Assembly: GCF_000247565.1 (NCBI RefSeq)
Contig: NC_016893.1
Coordinates: forward strand, 300,001-332,000
DNA from: Wigglesworthia glossinidia endosymbiont of Glossina morsitans morsitans (Yale colony)
GTDB lineage: Bacteria > Pseudomonadota > Gammaproteobacteria > Enterobacterales > Enterobacteriaceae
Length of the DNA stretch: 32,000 nt
Direction: 5' to 3'
Both the position numbers and the translations under genes were made by a program. The stretch's first letter is position 1; each line of letters begins with the position of its first letter. Positions 10,046 to 20,260 of this stretch are shown here, one piece after another. The notes beneath the pieces are model-generated. The model was not told the DNA's origin, did not search any database, and saw only the letters and a program-made list of their open reading frames with translations.

Positions 10046-11344
10046 ATGCACATTAATGAAATTAATTTTGATCGTAATCATATTTGGCATCCATACACTT
10101 CTATTACACAACCTTTAAAAACTTATCCTGTTGTTTCTGCTAAAAAATGCAACTTAAAATTAAGTAATGGAAAATTATTAGTTGACGGAATGTCATCTTG
10201 GTGGACTGTAATTCATGGATATAATCATCCGAAAATTAATCATGCAATCATAAAACAATTAAAAAAAATGTCTCATGTTATGTTTGGAGGAATTACACAT
10301 ATTCCAGCAATAAAGTTATGTAAAAAAATTATGAATTTTGTTCCAAAAACACTCGAGTCTATTTTTTTATCCGATTCTGGTTCAGTATCTGTTGAAGTAG
10401 CATTAAAAATGGCTTTGCATTATTGGAATTCTAAAAATAAAAAAAAGAATATGTTTCTTTCATTATCCGGAGGATATCATGGAGATACATTTGGGGCTGT
10501 TTCAATATGTGATCCTCAATTTTCTATGCATCATATATATCAAGGATATATGCCTAAGCAAAAATTTATGAATGTTTTTCATCGTGATTTTGGCGATTCT
10601 TGGAAAGAAGGAGATGACAAAAACTTAATTAAATTAATTGAAAAAAACCATAAAAATTTAGCAGCAGTAATTGTAGAACCAATTGTACAAGGAATAGGAG
10701 GTATGAGATTCTATCATGTACAATATTTAGTTACTTTAAAAAAGTTATGCGATTTTTACAAAATATTATTAATAATAGATGAAATTGCTACAGGATTTGG
10801 TCGTACAGGAAAACTTTTTGCATGTAATTATGCCGATATCGTACCAGATATCTTATGCATAGGAAAAGCTTTAACTGGTGGATCAATTACACTTGCTGCT
10901 ACTTTAACAACACAAAAAGTGTCTTCAACAATTTGTAGTGGTAAGTATTCTTCATTTATGCATGGTCCTACTTTTATGGCAAATCCACTATCCTGTGCAG
11001 CTGCATATGCTAATTTAAAATTACTTGAAAATAATAATTGGAAAAATCAAGTAAAATTTATTTCGCATTATATGTTAAAATTTTTATTAAAGTTAAAATT
11101 TCACCCTTATGTGTTCAATATAAGAGTACTGGGAGCTATTGGAGTCGTAGAAACAAAATTTCTTATAAATCTTGAAAAAATTCAAAAATGTTTTGTAAGT
11201 AATGGAGTTTGGATTAGGCCTTTTAAAAATTTAATATATTTAATACCTCCTTATATTATTTCTAAAAATGAAATAAAAAAATTAGTAAATGCAATTTTGC
11301 ATGCTTTAAATGATGAAAAAAATTTTATTATTCCTACAAATTAA
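10046..11344 (+). CDS. bioA: Adenosylmethionine-8-amino-7-oxononanoate aminotransferase
   Basis: 432 aa; HIWHPYTSITQP, LSGGYHGDTFGAVS, IDEIATGFGRTGK, GKALTGGSITLAAT; divergent from bioB as in E. coli. Confidence 0.97.
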   Translation: MHINEINFDRNHIWHPYTSITQPLKTYPVVSAKKCNLKLSNGKLLVDGMSSWWTVIHGYNHPKINHAIIKQLKKMSHVMFGGITHIPAIKLCKKIMNFVPKTLESIFLSDSGSVSVEVALKMALHYWNSKNKKKNMFLSLSGGYHGDTFGAVSICDPQFSMHHIYQGYMPKQKFMNVFHRDFGDSWKEGDDKNLIKLIEKNHKNLAAVIVEPIVQGIGGMRFYHVQYLVTLKKLCDFYKILLIIDEIATGFGRTGKLFACNYADIVPDILCIGKALTGGSITLAATLTTQKVSSTICSGKYSSFMHGPTFMANPLSCAAAYANLKLLENNNWKNQVKFISHYMLKFLLKLKFHPYVFNIRVLGAIGVVETKFLINLEKIQKCFVSNGVWIRPFKNLIYLIPPYIISKNEIKKLVNAILHALNDEKNFIIPTN

Positions 11345-11492
11345 TTGTACATTAATTATTTAGAATTAATTATTTTTATGTTTTATAAATATTTTGTTAA
11401 ACATTTCAAACATCTAAGTTATTACTGGTATTCAATGCACTTAATATGTATTAAATATTTTTGTTAATCAACTTTTAAAGTTTATTAATATA

Positions 11493-12068
11493 TTAAATAT
11501 ACTCAAAGAAAGTAATAATTTTATTTATATTATCAATTTTGCTTATAGCACTAATAATTATTTTTTCTTCTTTTTTTAAAATATCTCCAAAAATAAATAC
11601 TTCTTTATTTTCTGTTATAATTTTTAAATTTCGTAATTTAAGTTTTTTATTAAAAATAATTTTTGCTCGAATTTTATTGGAAATCCAAGAATCTTCTAAA
11701 ATTTGCATAAGTTCAATAGGTTGTGAAATACGAATCTCGTTATAAATTTCTTTTGAATTATTATAATTCTCTACTATTTTTTGTATATGATTTAAAACAA
11801 AATAATTTAAAACTTGACCGATAATGAGTATTTTATTGTTATAAGCTATAATTGAAATACGTGAAGATTGATTTTTTAATATTGAATCATTAAAAAAAGC
11901 ACTTGAAATACGCATTTTTAAAGTTAAATTATCAACTTGAGTTCCTATGGATCTGGGATCAGATGCTACTTTTATTGCAATTGCAGTGCCAAACATTTGT
12001 GTATTAGTGCACCCTAAAATAGAAGTAAATATCAAAAAAAATGTTACTAAAAGTTTTTTGTTATTCAT
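11493..12068 (-). CDS. dolP: BON-domain outer-membrane lipoprotein DolP (YraP)
   Basis: 191 aa; N-terminal signal with lipobox SILGC; SDPRSIGTQVDN...RISSAFFND and a second BON-like repeat; near rsmI as in E. coli. Confidence 0.88.
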   Translation of the reverse strand: MNNKKLLVTFFLIFTSILGCTNTQMFGTAIAIKVASDPRSIGTQVDNLTLKMRISSAFFNDSILKNQSSRISIIAYNNKILIIGQVLNYFVLNHIQKIVENYNNSKEIYNEIRISQPIELMQILEDSWISNKIRAKIIFNKKLKLRNLKIITENKEVFIFGDILKKEEKIIISAISKIDNINKIITFFEYI

Positions 12069-12141
12069 ATAATTGTGTATTAAAATAAAGAAATTGAATT
12101 AAAAAATTTTATATAAATAATATATGTTAATGCTATAAAAT

Positions 12142-12175
12142 TATACATTTATTTTTAAATCAAAATAAATGTATA
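12142..12175. repeat. Perfect inverted repeat, 14-bp arms, 6-nt loop
   Basis: TATACATTTATTTT - TAAATC - AAAATAAATGTATA in the divergent dolP/rsmI intergenic region. Confidence 0.9.
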
Positions 12176-12266
12176 CTAGCTATATATATGAAATAACAAA
12201 CTAAGTTAATTTTTCAATAGTATAGATATTATTCATGCAAATATATTTTGCTTTAACCTGATAAAA

Positions 12267-13121
12267 ATGCAAAAAAATAAAAAATTACCATCAACTTTAT
12301 ATATAGTACCTACTCCTATTGGAAATTTAAAAGATATTACTTATAGAGCAGTATCTGTATTAAAATATGTCGATATAATAGCAGCAGAAAGTGTTTTATA
12401 TGCAAAAATTTTATTAAAACATTTTTTAATTAAAAATCATTTGATATCTTTCAATAAAATTAATGAAAAAATTAAAACAAAACTTATAATTCGTTACTTA
12501 AAAAATAGAAAATCAATTGCACTAATATCGAATGCTGGTACACCTACAATTAGTGATCCTGGATATTACTTAATTTATATGTGCATAAAACATAAAATTA
12601 ATATTGTTCCGCTTCCAGGTCCATGTTCTTTGATTACTGCATTATCAGCATCTGGTGTTGCTACAAATAAGTTTTGTTATGATGGATTTTTACCTAAAAA
12701 AAAATCTGAAAGAATAGCATATTTAAATTCTTTAAAATTTGAACACAGAACTATTATACTATTCGAATCTTCACGTCGATTACTTATTAGTTTGCAAGAT
12801 ATTGCGCATATTTTAGGGATGCAAACGCATATTGTAATCGCTAAAGAATTAACAAAAATTTGGGAAACGATATATCGTAATACAGTAGAAAAAATTTTAA
12901 ATTTATTAAAAAATTCAAATATTTTGTTAAAAGGTGAAATTATACTTATTATAAAGCAAAATCAGATTGAATCTAAAATTATTTCGAAAAAAGCAATAAA
13001 ACTTTTAAAGTTATTAACTATGCAAATTTCTAAAAAACAAGCAACATTAATTGTTTCAAAAACTTTTAAAATTAAAAAAAATTTGTTATATAAATATATA
13101 ATTCAAAATATACATAACTAA
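12267..13121 (+). CDS. rsmI: 16S rRNA (cytidine1402-2'-O)-methyltransferase
   Basis: 284 aa; LYIVPTPIGNLKDITYRAVSVLK, ISNAGTPTISDPGYYL, VPLPGPCSLITALSASG. Confidence 0.95.
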   Translation: MQKNKKLPSTLYIVPTPIGNLKDITYRAVSVLKYVDIIAAESVLYAKILLKHFLIKNHLISFNKINEKIKTKLIIRYLKNRKSIALISNAGTPTISDPGYYLIYMCIKHKINIVPLPGPCSLITALSASGVATNKFCYDGFLPKKKSERIAYLNSLKFEHRTIILFESSRRLLISLQDIAHILGMQTHIVIAKELTKIWETIYRNTVEKILNLLKNSNILLKGEIILIIKQNQIESKIISKKAIKLLKLLTMQISKKQATLIVSKTFKIKKNLLYKYIIQNIHN

Positions 13122-13158
13122 TAAATAAGATATATAGATATAATTACTATTTTTAATA

Positions 13159-13496
13159 AAGTTAGCTAGATAATCGCTAATAAAAATATTATTAGAGGAA
13201 AGTCCGGGCCTCATAGAACAAGATGCCAGATAACATCTGGGAAGTGTAAACTTACGACTAGTGCAACAGAAAATAACCGCCATTTTTAATGGTAAGGGTG
13301 AAAAGGTGTGGTAAAAGCACACCGCAAATTTTAGAACAAAATTTGGCCGTGTAAACTCCATCTGAGGCAAGACCAAATAGAAATTTAAACTGTTCGTTTG
13401 AATATTTCGGGTAGGTCGCACGAATAAATACGCGAGTATTTATCTAGATAAATGATTATCCATGACAGAACCCGGCTTATAGGCTAACTGTATTAA
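13159..13496 (+). ncRNA. rnpB: RNase P RNA (M1 RNA), bacterial type A; ends approximate
   Basis: AGAGGAAAGTCCGGGC...CATAGAACA, GACTAGTGCAACAGAAA, GGTAAGGGTGAAAAGGTG, GTAAACTCCAT, GACCAAATAGAAA, GGGTAGG, ACAGAACCCGGCTTATAGGCTAAC; P1 pairing GTTAGC/GCTAAC. Confidence 0.96.
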
Positions 13497-13650
13497 AAAT
13501 TAATATAATTTTGCATATATTTAATACAATTTTTAATTTTTTCTTAAAAAATAAAAAGTTCTATTAAAATTAATATTAATATTTTTATATATAAATTGAT
13601 ATTTGTGTATTAGTATACTATTATAATAAAAAATAAAAATATAACACTAC

Positions 13651-14445
13651 ATGAAAAAAATTAATATTAATGATATTTATCAATTTAAATCAAAGCATAA
13701 AAAATTTGCTGCAATTACTGCTTATGATGCAACATTTGCTAATTTATTTTTTTCGCACGGTATCAAGGTAATTTTAATAGGAGATTCGCTAGGTATGACA
13801 GTACAAGGCCACTGTTCTACTATACCAGTAAAAATGGAAGACATGATATATCATACAAAATGTGTAAGACGCGGCGCACCATACTGTTTTCTTATTGCAG
13901 ATCTTCCTTTTATGAGTTATTTTAATGTCAAAGATGCTCTAAAAAATGCTTCTAAATTAATGCAATCTGGAGCAAATATGGTTAAACTTGAAGGCGGAGA
14001 TAAAATTCTTGAAATTGTCCATCAATTAAATATAAATTCTATTCCCGTATGTGGGCATATCGGATTAACACCACAATCAATTAATATGTACGGATCGTAT
14101 AAAATACAAGGTAAAAAAAAATCTGAAATAAAACGTTTGATAAACGAAGCTACTCTTTTAGAAAAATCAGGAGTAAAGTTATTAGTTTTAGAGTGTATCG
14201 TGCAAAATTTATCTAAAGTTATTACTGAAAAATTAAAAATTCCAACAATAGGTATCGGGTCTGGATCAAGTACTGACGGACAAATTTTAGTGATGCACGA
14301 CATTTTAGGAATTACTTGCGGAAAAATTCCGTCTTTTGCGAAGAATTTTCTCTTAAATAATTCCGGAATACCTGAAGCAATCGAATTATATGTACAAGAA
14401 GTAGAAAATAAACATTTTCCACATGCACAACATAGTTTTAATTAA
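13651..14445 (+). CDS. panB: 3-methyl-2-oxobutanoate hydroxymethyltransferase
   Basis: 264 aa; FAAITAYDATFANLFF, LIGDSLGMTVQGH, VKLEGG, GHIGLTPQS. Confidence 0.97.
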   Translation: MKKININDIYQFKSKHKKFAAITAYDATFANLFFSHGIKVILIGDSLGMTVQGHCSTIPVKMEDMIYHTKCVRRGAPYCFLIADLPFMSYFNVKDALKNASKLMQSGANMVKLEGGDKILEIVHQLNINSIPVCGHIGLTPQSINMYGSYKIQGKKKSEIKRLINEATLLEKSGVKLLVLECIVQNLSKVITEKLKIPTIGIGSGSSTDGQILVMHDILGITCGKIPSFAKNFLLNNSGIPEAIELYVQEVENKHFPHAQHSFN

Positions 14446-14459
14446 ATAACATAATTATT

Positions 14460-15332
14460 ATGTTAATAATAAAAAAATCATACGAACTCATTCAAGTTCT
14501 AAACAAATTTAAATTAAAAAATTCTAATCTACAAATTTCCTTCATACCTACAATGGGAAATTTACATGCTGGGCATCTTGAATTGATCAAATACGGACTT
14601 TTGAAATCTCATTGCTTAATAGTTAGTATCTTTGTGAATCCAATACAATTTTCTGAATCAGAAGATTTTAAAAAATATCCCAAAAATTTAAAACAAGATA
14701 TTAAAAAGCTTATTGCATATCAAGTAGATATATTGTTTTGCCCTACATTAAAATCTATGTATCCTTACGGTTGCAAAAATCATACATATATTGATGTTCC
14801 TCAATATTCATCTATTTTGGAAGGAGAAAAAAGGCCAAAACATTTTTTAGGAGTAGCAACAATTATCGCTAAGTTATTTAATTTGATTCGTCCTCAAATA
14901 GCTATTTTTGGACAAAAAGATTTTCAACAATTAATTATGGTACGTCAATTAATTTTGCATATGAATTACAACATTAAAATAATTAGTGTGCCAACAATAA
15001 GAGAATTTGACGGTTTAGCACTTAGTTCAAGAAATCAATATTTGAGTATTAGAGAAAGAAAAATAGCTCCAAATTTGTATCAGATTTTATTTCAATTATC
15101 TAAAAAAATTAAATCTAATACAATAGACATCATTATTAATAATGAAAAAAGTTTTTTGCATGAAGCATCTTCTAAATTAATTGCCTGTGGATTTAAAATA
15201 GATCTTTTAAAAATAAGGAACGCGAAAAATCTTATGAAATTAAATAATAATAATAAACATATAATTATTTTATGCAGTGCATGGATTGGAAAAACACGAT
15301 TAATTGATAATATAAAATTTAAATTGTTTTAA
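14460..15332 (+). CDS. panC: Pantothenate synthetase
   Basis: 290 aa; FIPTMGNLHAGHLELIK, SIFVNPIQFSESEDF, FGQKDFQQL. Confidence 0.96.
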   Translation: MLIIKKSYELIQVLNKFKLKNSNLQISFIPTMGNLHAGHLELIKYGLLKSHCLIVSIFVNPIQFSESEDFKKYPKNLKQDIKKLIAYQVDILFCPTLKSMYPYGCKNHTYIDVPQYSSILEGEKRPKHFLGVATIIAKLFNLIRPQIAIFGQKDFQQLIMVRQLILHMNYNIKIISVPTIREFDGLALSSRNQYLSIRERKIAPNLYQILFQLSKKIKSNTIDIIINNEKSFLHEASSKLIACGFKIDLLKIRNAKNLMKLNNNNKHIIILCSAWIGKTRLIDNIKFKLF

Positions 15333-15498
15333 AAAAAATAATTTTATTTTATGAAATCTACGGTTTGGTTACAATAATTAAATATATCGAATATAGAATT
15401 TTTTTACAAGAATCTGAAACATTTGAAAATATTTTTTAAATAAAAGATTTTTTAAAGAAATAAGATAAAATACTATTTTAATTTGTACACTATTTATA

Positions 15499-15965
15499 AT
15501 GAAAAAAGAAAATTTTTTAACAATACAATATTGTTCGATTAAGAAACAATATACACCTTCTAAAAAAAAATACAATTATGGATATTAAAAACTTATAAAG
15601 TATGTAAAAGCATATCCTATAGAATTAATTTGCGTTTAGTAAACAAATGTGAAATTCATTTGCTTAATAAGAAATTTTTAAAAAAAAATTATCCCACGAA
15701 CATATTAGCATTTCCATACGATGTACAGTTAAATAAAAATGTATTATTTTTAGGAGATTTAGTAGTTTGCAATAAAATTATTCAAGAAGAAGCACATCAA
15801 CAAAAAAAAATAATTGATGCGCACTGGGCGCATATTATTGTTCACGGAACCTTACATTTACTAGGGTACGATCATGTCAATAGTTCAAAAAATAAAAAAA
15901 TTATGCAACTTTTAGAAATAAAAATACTACGTTTTCTCGGATATAATAATCCTTATGAAAAATAA
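15499..15965 (+). CDS. ybeY: Endoribonuclease YbeY, reading frame interrupted by a frameshift in an A9 tract (15562-15570); ORF track shows only the downstream part (15630-15965)
   Basis: ATG at 15499 encodes MKKENFLTIQYCSIKKQYTPSKKK, then the frame changes at A9 to IQLWILKTYKVCKSISYRINLRLVNKCEIHLLN...HGTLHLLGYDH (catalytic HxxxHxxGxxH). Adding one A gives 155 aa, the E. coli length. Confidence 0.87.
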
Positions 15966-16011
15966 TTATAAATAATCAAAAAAATTTAATATTTTAATTC
16001 ATAAAATTTAA

Positions 16012-17532
16012 ATGAAGTACGATGCATTAATAATATTTATCTTTGGAATTTTAAATACAATTTCTTTTTCTCCATATGATTTCTGGCCTGCAAGTATTTT
16101 TTCTATATTTGGTTTATTAGTTATTATCAACAAATATCAATACTGGAAAAAAATTATTTTTTTAGGATTCATATGGGGTATAGGAAATTTTTTTAGTTCA
16201 ATATATTGGATATATTTTAGTATTTATCAATTTTTTGAGCTATCTTTCTTAATTAGCATTTTTTTAGTTTTTGTGTTATCAGTTTATTTATCATTATATC
16301 CTATGATTTTTGTTTTATTATTACAATATTTTTGTACACATATAAATCTTAAAAGATTTTTAATTGGAGCACCTTCCATATGGTTTTTTACAGAATTTTT
16401 AAGAGGCAAAATATTTACCGGATTTCCATGGTTAGAATTAGGATATAGTCAAATCGATGGACCTTTAAAAGGAATCGCTCCAATATTCGGAGTTTCGGGA
16501 ATATCATGTATTATAATAATCATCAGCGGTCTGATTTCACTTTCTTGGACGAAAAAAGAAATTTTTCCGTTAATTTTAAGTTTTAGTATATTAATTATTT
16601 TATATCCTTTAAATTTTTTAAAATGGTACACTTTTGATAAACAATATATAAAAATTGCGTTAGTACAAGGAAATGTACCACAATCTTTATATTTTGATAA
16701 TAATCAGGTAAATTTAATTTTAAAAAAATATATGCAAATTACTGAACCTTTTTTAAAGGTATCTAAAATTATTATTTGGCCAGAATCTGCAATTCCTTGT
16801 TATGATATAATATGTGACAATTTTTTAATGAATTTAGATCGAAAATTAAAACTAAAAAATTCTATTTTAATAACAGGGATAACAAGTTTTTATCAATCAG
16901 GATATTATAATAGCATTATGTTGCTAGGCAATGATCAATCATATGAATATAATTTAAAACATAAATATAATAAGCACTATTTAGTACCTTTTGGGGAAAC
17001 ACTCCCTATAAAAAATTTTTTTCAACCCATTTTAAAAAAATTTGGAATTTTCATTTTTAGTTTACAACGAGGAAAATATTTACAACCTCAGTTAAATATT
17101 TCAAATTTTCATTTTACCCCATCTATTTGTTATGAAATAATTTTTAGTGAAAAAATTAGAAACAATGTTCAATCCAATACAGATTTCTTACTTACTATAT
17201 CGAATGATATATGGTTTGGAAATACTATTGGACCTTGGCAACACTTACAAATGGCACGTATGCGAGCTTTAGAAACAGGAAAAACATTGTTAAGAAGTAG
17301 TAATAACGGAATTACTGCAATAATAAATCCAGATGGAACATTAAAATCAAAATTACCACAATTTGTATGTGATGTTTTATTTGAAATAATATCTCCGAGC
17401 AAAGGAGTAACACCTTATGTATTTTTTGGATCTATGCCAATTTGGATTATAGTAATTATATTTTTTATTTATTCTATAATATATAAGTTTAAACTTGTAG
17501 AGTTGTTTGAATTTTTTATGAAAACACGTTAA
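16012..17532 (+). CDS. lnt: Apolipoprotein N-acyltransferase
   Basis: 506 aa; SPYDFWPASIFSIFGL, GFPWLELGYSQIDGPL, WPESAIP, LVPFGETLP, SICYEIIF (catalytic Glu/Lys/Cys regions). Confidence 0.95.
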   Translation: MKYDALIIFIFGILNTISFSPYDFWPASIFSIFGLLVIINKYQYWKKIIFLGFIWGIGNFFSSIYWIYFSIYQFFELSFLISIFLVFVLSVYLSLYPMIFVLLLQYFCTHINLKRFLIGAPSIWFFTEFLRGKIFTGFPWLELGYSQIDGPLKGIAPIFGVSGISCIIIIISGLISLSWTKKEIFPLILSFSILIILYPLNFLKWYTFDKQYIKIALVQGNVPQSLYFDNNQVNLILKKYMQITEPFLKVSKIIIWPESAIPCYDIICDNFLMNLDRKLKLKNSILITGITSFYQSGYYNSIMLLGNDQSYEYNLKHKYNKHYLVPFGETLPIKNFFQPILKKFGIFIFSLQRGKYLQPQLNISNFHFTPSICYEIIFSEKIRNNVQSNTDFLLTISNDIWFGNTIGPWQHLQMARMRALETGKTLLRSSNNGITAIINPDGTLKSKLPQFVCDVLFEIISPSKGVTPYVFFGSMPIWIIVIIFFIYSIIYKFKLVELFEFFMKTR

Positions 17533-17540
17533 AAGTCGAT

Positions 17541-20102
17541 TTATTGTTTTTTTATATTTGATAAATCATTAATATGTTCAACTACTCTTTGCAGACCAAC
17601 TACGTTATTTTCTTTTGAAATTCTTATTAGTCTAACACCATGTGTATTTCTACCGACAATGTTTACTTCAGATACCCTAGTACGCACTAAAGTGCCAGAA
17701 TCTGTAATAATCATAATTTGATCATAATCATTTACTTGGACAGCGCCTACTACTTTGCCGTTACGCTTACTTACTTTAATTGAAATCACTCCTTGAATAG
17801 CACGTGATTTTTTTGGATATTCTGATTGGTTAGTACGTTTCCCATATCCATATTGTGTAACTGTTAATATTGGACTATTCCCTTTTGGAATAATTAATGA
17901 AACTACTCGATCTCCTGGAAGTAAACTGATACCTTTGACTCCACTTGCAGTACGTCCCATATTTCTTACTTGACTTTCAGAGAATCGTACTACTTTGCCA
18001 TATTCTGAAAACAACATAACTTCTTGGCTTCCATCAGTTAAATCTACGCCGATTAATTTATCTCCTGCATTTAAATTAACTGCAATTATACCGGAATTTC
18101 TAGGACGACTAAATTCGCTTAAAGAAGTTTTTTTTACTATTCCGCTTGCAGTTGCCATAAAAACATATTTTTCTTTTTCATGTTTATGCACTGGTAAAAT
18201 AGCAGTAATATATTCTTTTGGTTCTAATGGCAATAAATTTATTATAGGTTTTCCACTAGATCCTCGATTAGTTTCGGGAAGTTGAAAAATTTTCATCCAA
18301 TATACTCTGCCACGACTAGAAAATAATAAAATACTATCATGTGTATTTGCTACTAAAAATCTTTCAATAAAATCTTTTTCTTTAATACTAGTTGCTGATT
18401 TACCTTTACCTCCACGATGTTGCGCTTCGTAATCTTTTAATGGTTGGTATTTTACATAACCTTGATGGGATAAAGTTACTACTACGTCTTTTTTATTAAT
18501 TAAATCTTCTATATTGATATTAACAGGTTCTTGAATAATTTTGGTGCGTCTTGGATCTTTATATTCTTCTTTTAAAAGAACTAGTTCTCTCCGAATTTCA
18601 TCTAATAATTTTTTGGGATATTTTAAAATTTGTTTTAAATAATATGATTTTTGTGTTAAATTTTTATATTCTGTAATTAATTTTTTTTGTTCTAGCTTAA
18701 CAAGTTTGTGCAAACGTAAATCAAGAATTGCTTGTGCTTGATTTTTAGTCATATAATAATGGGTACTTTTTAAGAAAGTATCGTGTAACTTTTTATTTTT
18801 TTTAAAATGTGATATTAATTGATTTTTCATTAATACTTCAGAAAAATTAGTCAAGTTCCATGTATAAGAAGTTAAACGTTTTTGCGCTTCTTCTAAAGAA
18901 GTTGATTTTTTTACTAAATTAATTACTGTATTAACATTTAATAACGCAATAAAAAAAGACTCTAGTATATGCATACGATCATTTATTTTTTTTAATTCAA
19001 AATTAGTACGACGGGTAATAATAATACGACGATGCTTTAAAAAAGCAGATAATATCTTTTTTAAAGACAAGACTTTCGGTTGTCCATGATGCAAAGCAAC
19101 CATATTAATTCCAAAAGATACTTGTAATGGAGTTAATGAATATAAATTATTTAATACTATCTCTCCAACTGTATCACGTTTAATTTCTACTACAATACGC
19201 ATACCTTCTCGGTCTGATTCATCTCTTAGAGCGCTAATTCCTTCAATTCGTTTTTCTTTTACTAAATCAGCAATTTTTTCAATTAATCGAATTTTATTGA
19301 CTTGATATGGTATTTCATAAATAATAATTGATTCTTTTCCAGTTCTATTATCAGCTAATATTTTAGCAGAAGCACGAATATAAATTTTTCCACGTCCACT
19401 AGTATATGCATCTTGAATACCTTCTGATCCATATATAACACCATAAGTTGGAAAATCTGGACCAGGTAAATGTTTCATCAAGTCTAATACACTAATATGC
19501 TTATTTTCTAAATAAGCTAAACATGCGTTAATTACTTCTCCTATATTGTGCGGTGGTATGTTCGTAGCCATTCCCACAGCAATTCCCGAAGATCCATTTA
19601 ATAACAAATTTGGTATTTTTGTCGGCATAATTTCTGGCATGTATTCTGTATCATCATAGTTTGCAATATAATTTACTGTATCTTTTTCTAAATCTGTCAA
19701 AATTTCATGAGCAATTTTGGATAATTTGATTTCTGTATATCTCATCGCCGCTGCAGCGTCACCGTCAATTGAACCAAAATTTCCTTGACCATCAATCAAT
19801 GTATACCTTAAAGAAAACTTTTGCGCCATACGCACAATAGTATCATATACTGCTGTGTCTCCATGAGGATGATATTTTCCAATAACATTTCCGACGATAC
19901 GTGCTGATTTTTTATACGGTTTATTCCAGTCATTATTGATAGTTTTCATCGCAAATAAAATTCTACGATGAACTGGTTTTAGCCCGTCACGTACATCAGG
20001 TAAAGCACGTCCAATAATCACGGACATCGCATAATCTAAATATGAACGTTTTAATTCTTCTTCTATATTAATTTTTAGTATTTTTTTGTTATTATCATTC
20101 AT
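17541..20102 (-). CDS. gyrA: DNA gyrase subunit A
   Basis: 853 aa; [52 protein letters not shown]; C-terminal beta-pinwheel with EAQHRGGKG box. Confidence 0.98.
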   Translation of the reverse strand: MNDNNKKILKINIEEELKRSYLDYAMSVIIGRALPDVRDGLKPVHRRILFAMKTINNDWNKPYKKSARIVGNVIGKYHPHGDTAVYDTIVRMAQKFSLRYTLIDGQGNFGSIDGDAAAAMRYTEIKLSKIAHEILTDLEKDTVNYIANYDDTEYMPEIMPTKIPNLLLNGSSGIAVGMATNIPPHNIGEVINACLAYLENKHISVLDLMKHLPGPDFPTYGVIYGSEGIQDAYTSGRGKIYIRASAKILADNRTGKESIIIYEIPYQVNKIRLIEKIADLVKEKRIEGISALRDESDREGMRIVVEIKRDTVGEIVLNNLYSLTPLQVSFGINMVALHHGQPKVLSLKKILSAFLKHRRIIITRRTNFELKKINDRMHILESFFIALLNVNTVINLVKKSTSLEEAQKRLTSYTWNLTNFSEVLMKNQLISHFKKNKKLHDTFLKSTHYYMTKNQAQAILDLRLHKLVKLEQKKLITEYKNLTQKSYYLKQILKYPKKLLDEIRRELVLLKEEYKDPRRTKIIQEPVNINIEDLINKKDVVVTLSHQGYVKYQPLKDYEAQHRGGKGKSATSIKEKDFIERFLVANTHDSILLFSSRGRVYWMKIFQLPETNRGSSGKPIINLLPLEPKEYITAILPVHKHEKEKYVFMATASGIVKKTSLSEFSRPRNSGIIAVNLNAGDKLIGVDLTDGSQEVMLFSEYGKVVRFSESQVRNMGRTASGVKGISLLPGDRVVSLIIPKGNSPILTVTQYGYGKRTNQSEYPKKSRAIQGVISIKVSKRNGKVVGAVQVNDYDQIMIITDSGTLVRTRVSEVNIVGRNTHGVRLIRISKENNVVGLQRVVEHINDLSNIKKQ

Positions 20103-20260
20103 AATTCATCTCGATTAATAATTTTTATTCAATTAAGTCAAAATTACGCTTAAATTTCATTATAACATTTTTTTTATTTAAAAAAGTATTGCATAATTAA
20201 TCTTATTTAATAATAATTTTTTAAAAGTTAATTTCTCAATTTATTATAAAATATAAAATT

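Noticed and set aside
11539-11745. 68-aa plus-strand ORF
   Set aside because: Shadow ORF antisense to dolP.
13086-13421. 111-aa minus-strand ORF with unusual composition (MRPTRNIQTNS...)
   Set aside because: Antisense to rnpB and the 3' end of rsmI; the apparent complexity comes from the conserved RNase P RNA.
14022-14303. 93-aa minus-strand ORF
   Set aside because: Shadow ORF antisense to panB.
15378-15575. 65-aa minus-strand ORF
   Set aside because: Low-complexity Phe/Lys/Ile composition and antisense to the recovered 5' part of ybeY.
16449-17402. 60-aa and 77-aa minus-strand ORFs (16449-16631 and 17169-17402)
   Set aside because: Shadow ORFs antisense to lnt.
17995-18285. 96-aa plus-strand ORF
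   Set aside because: Shadow ORF antisense to gyrA.
19854-19856. Thr at the GyrA position equivalent to E. coli Ser83, suggesting quinolone resistance
   Set aside because: Thr at this site is wild-type in some proteobacteria; without context it is not evidence of acquired resistance.
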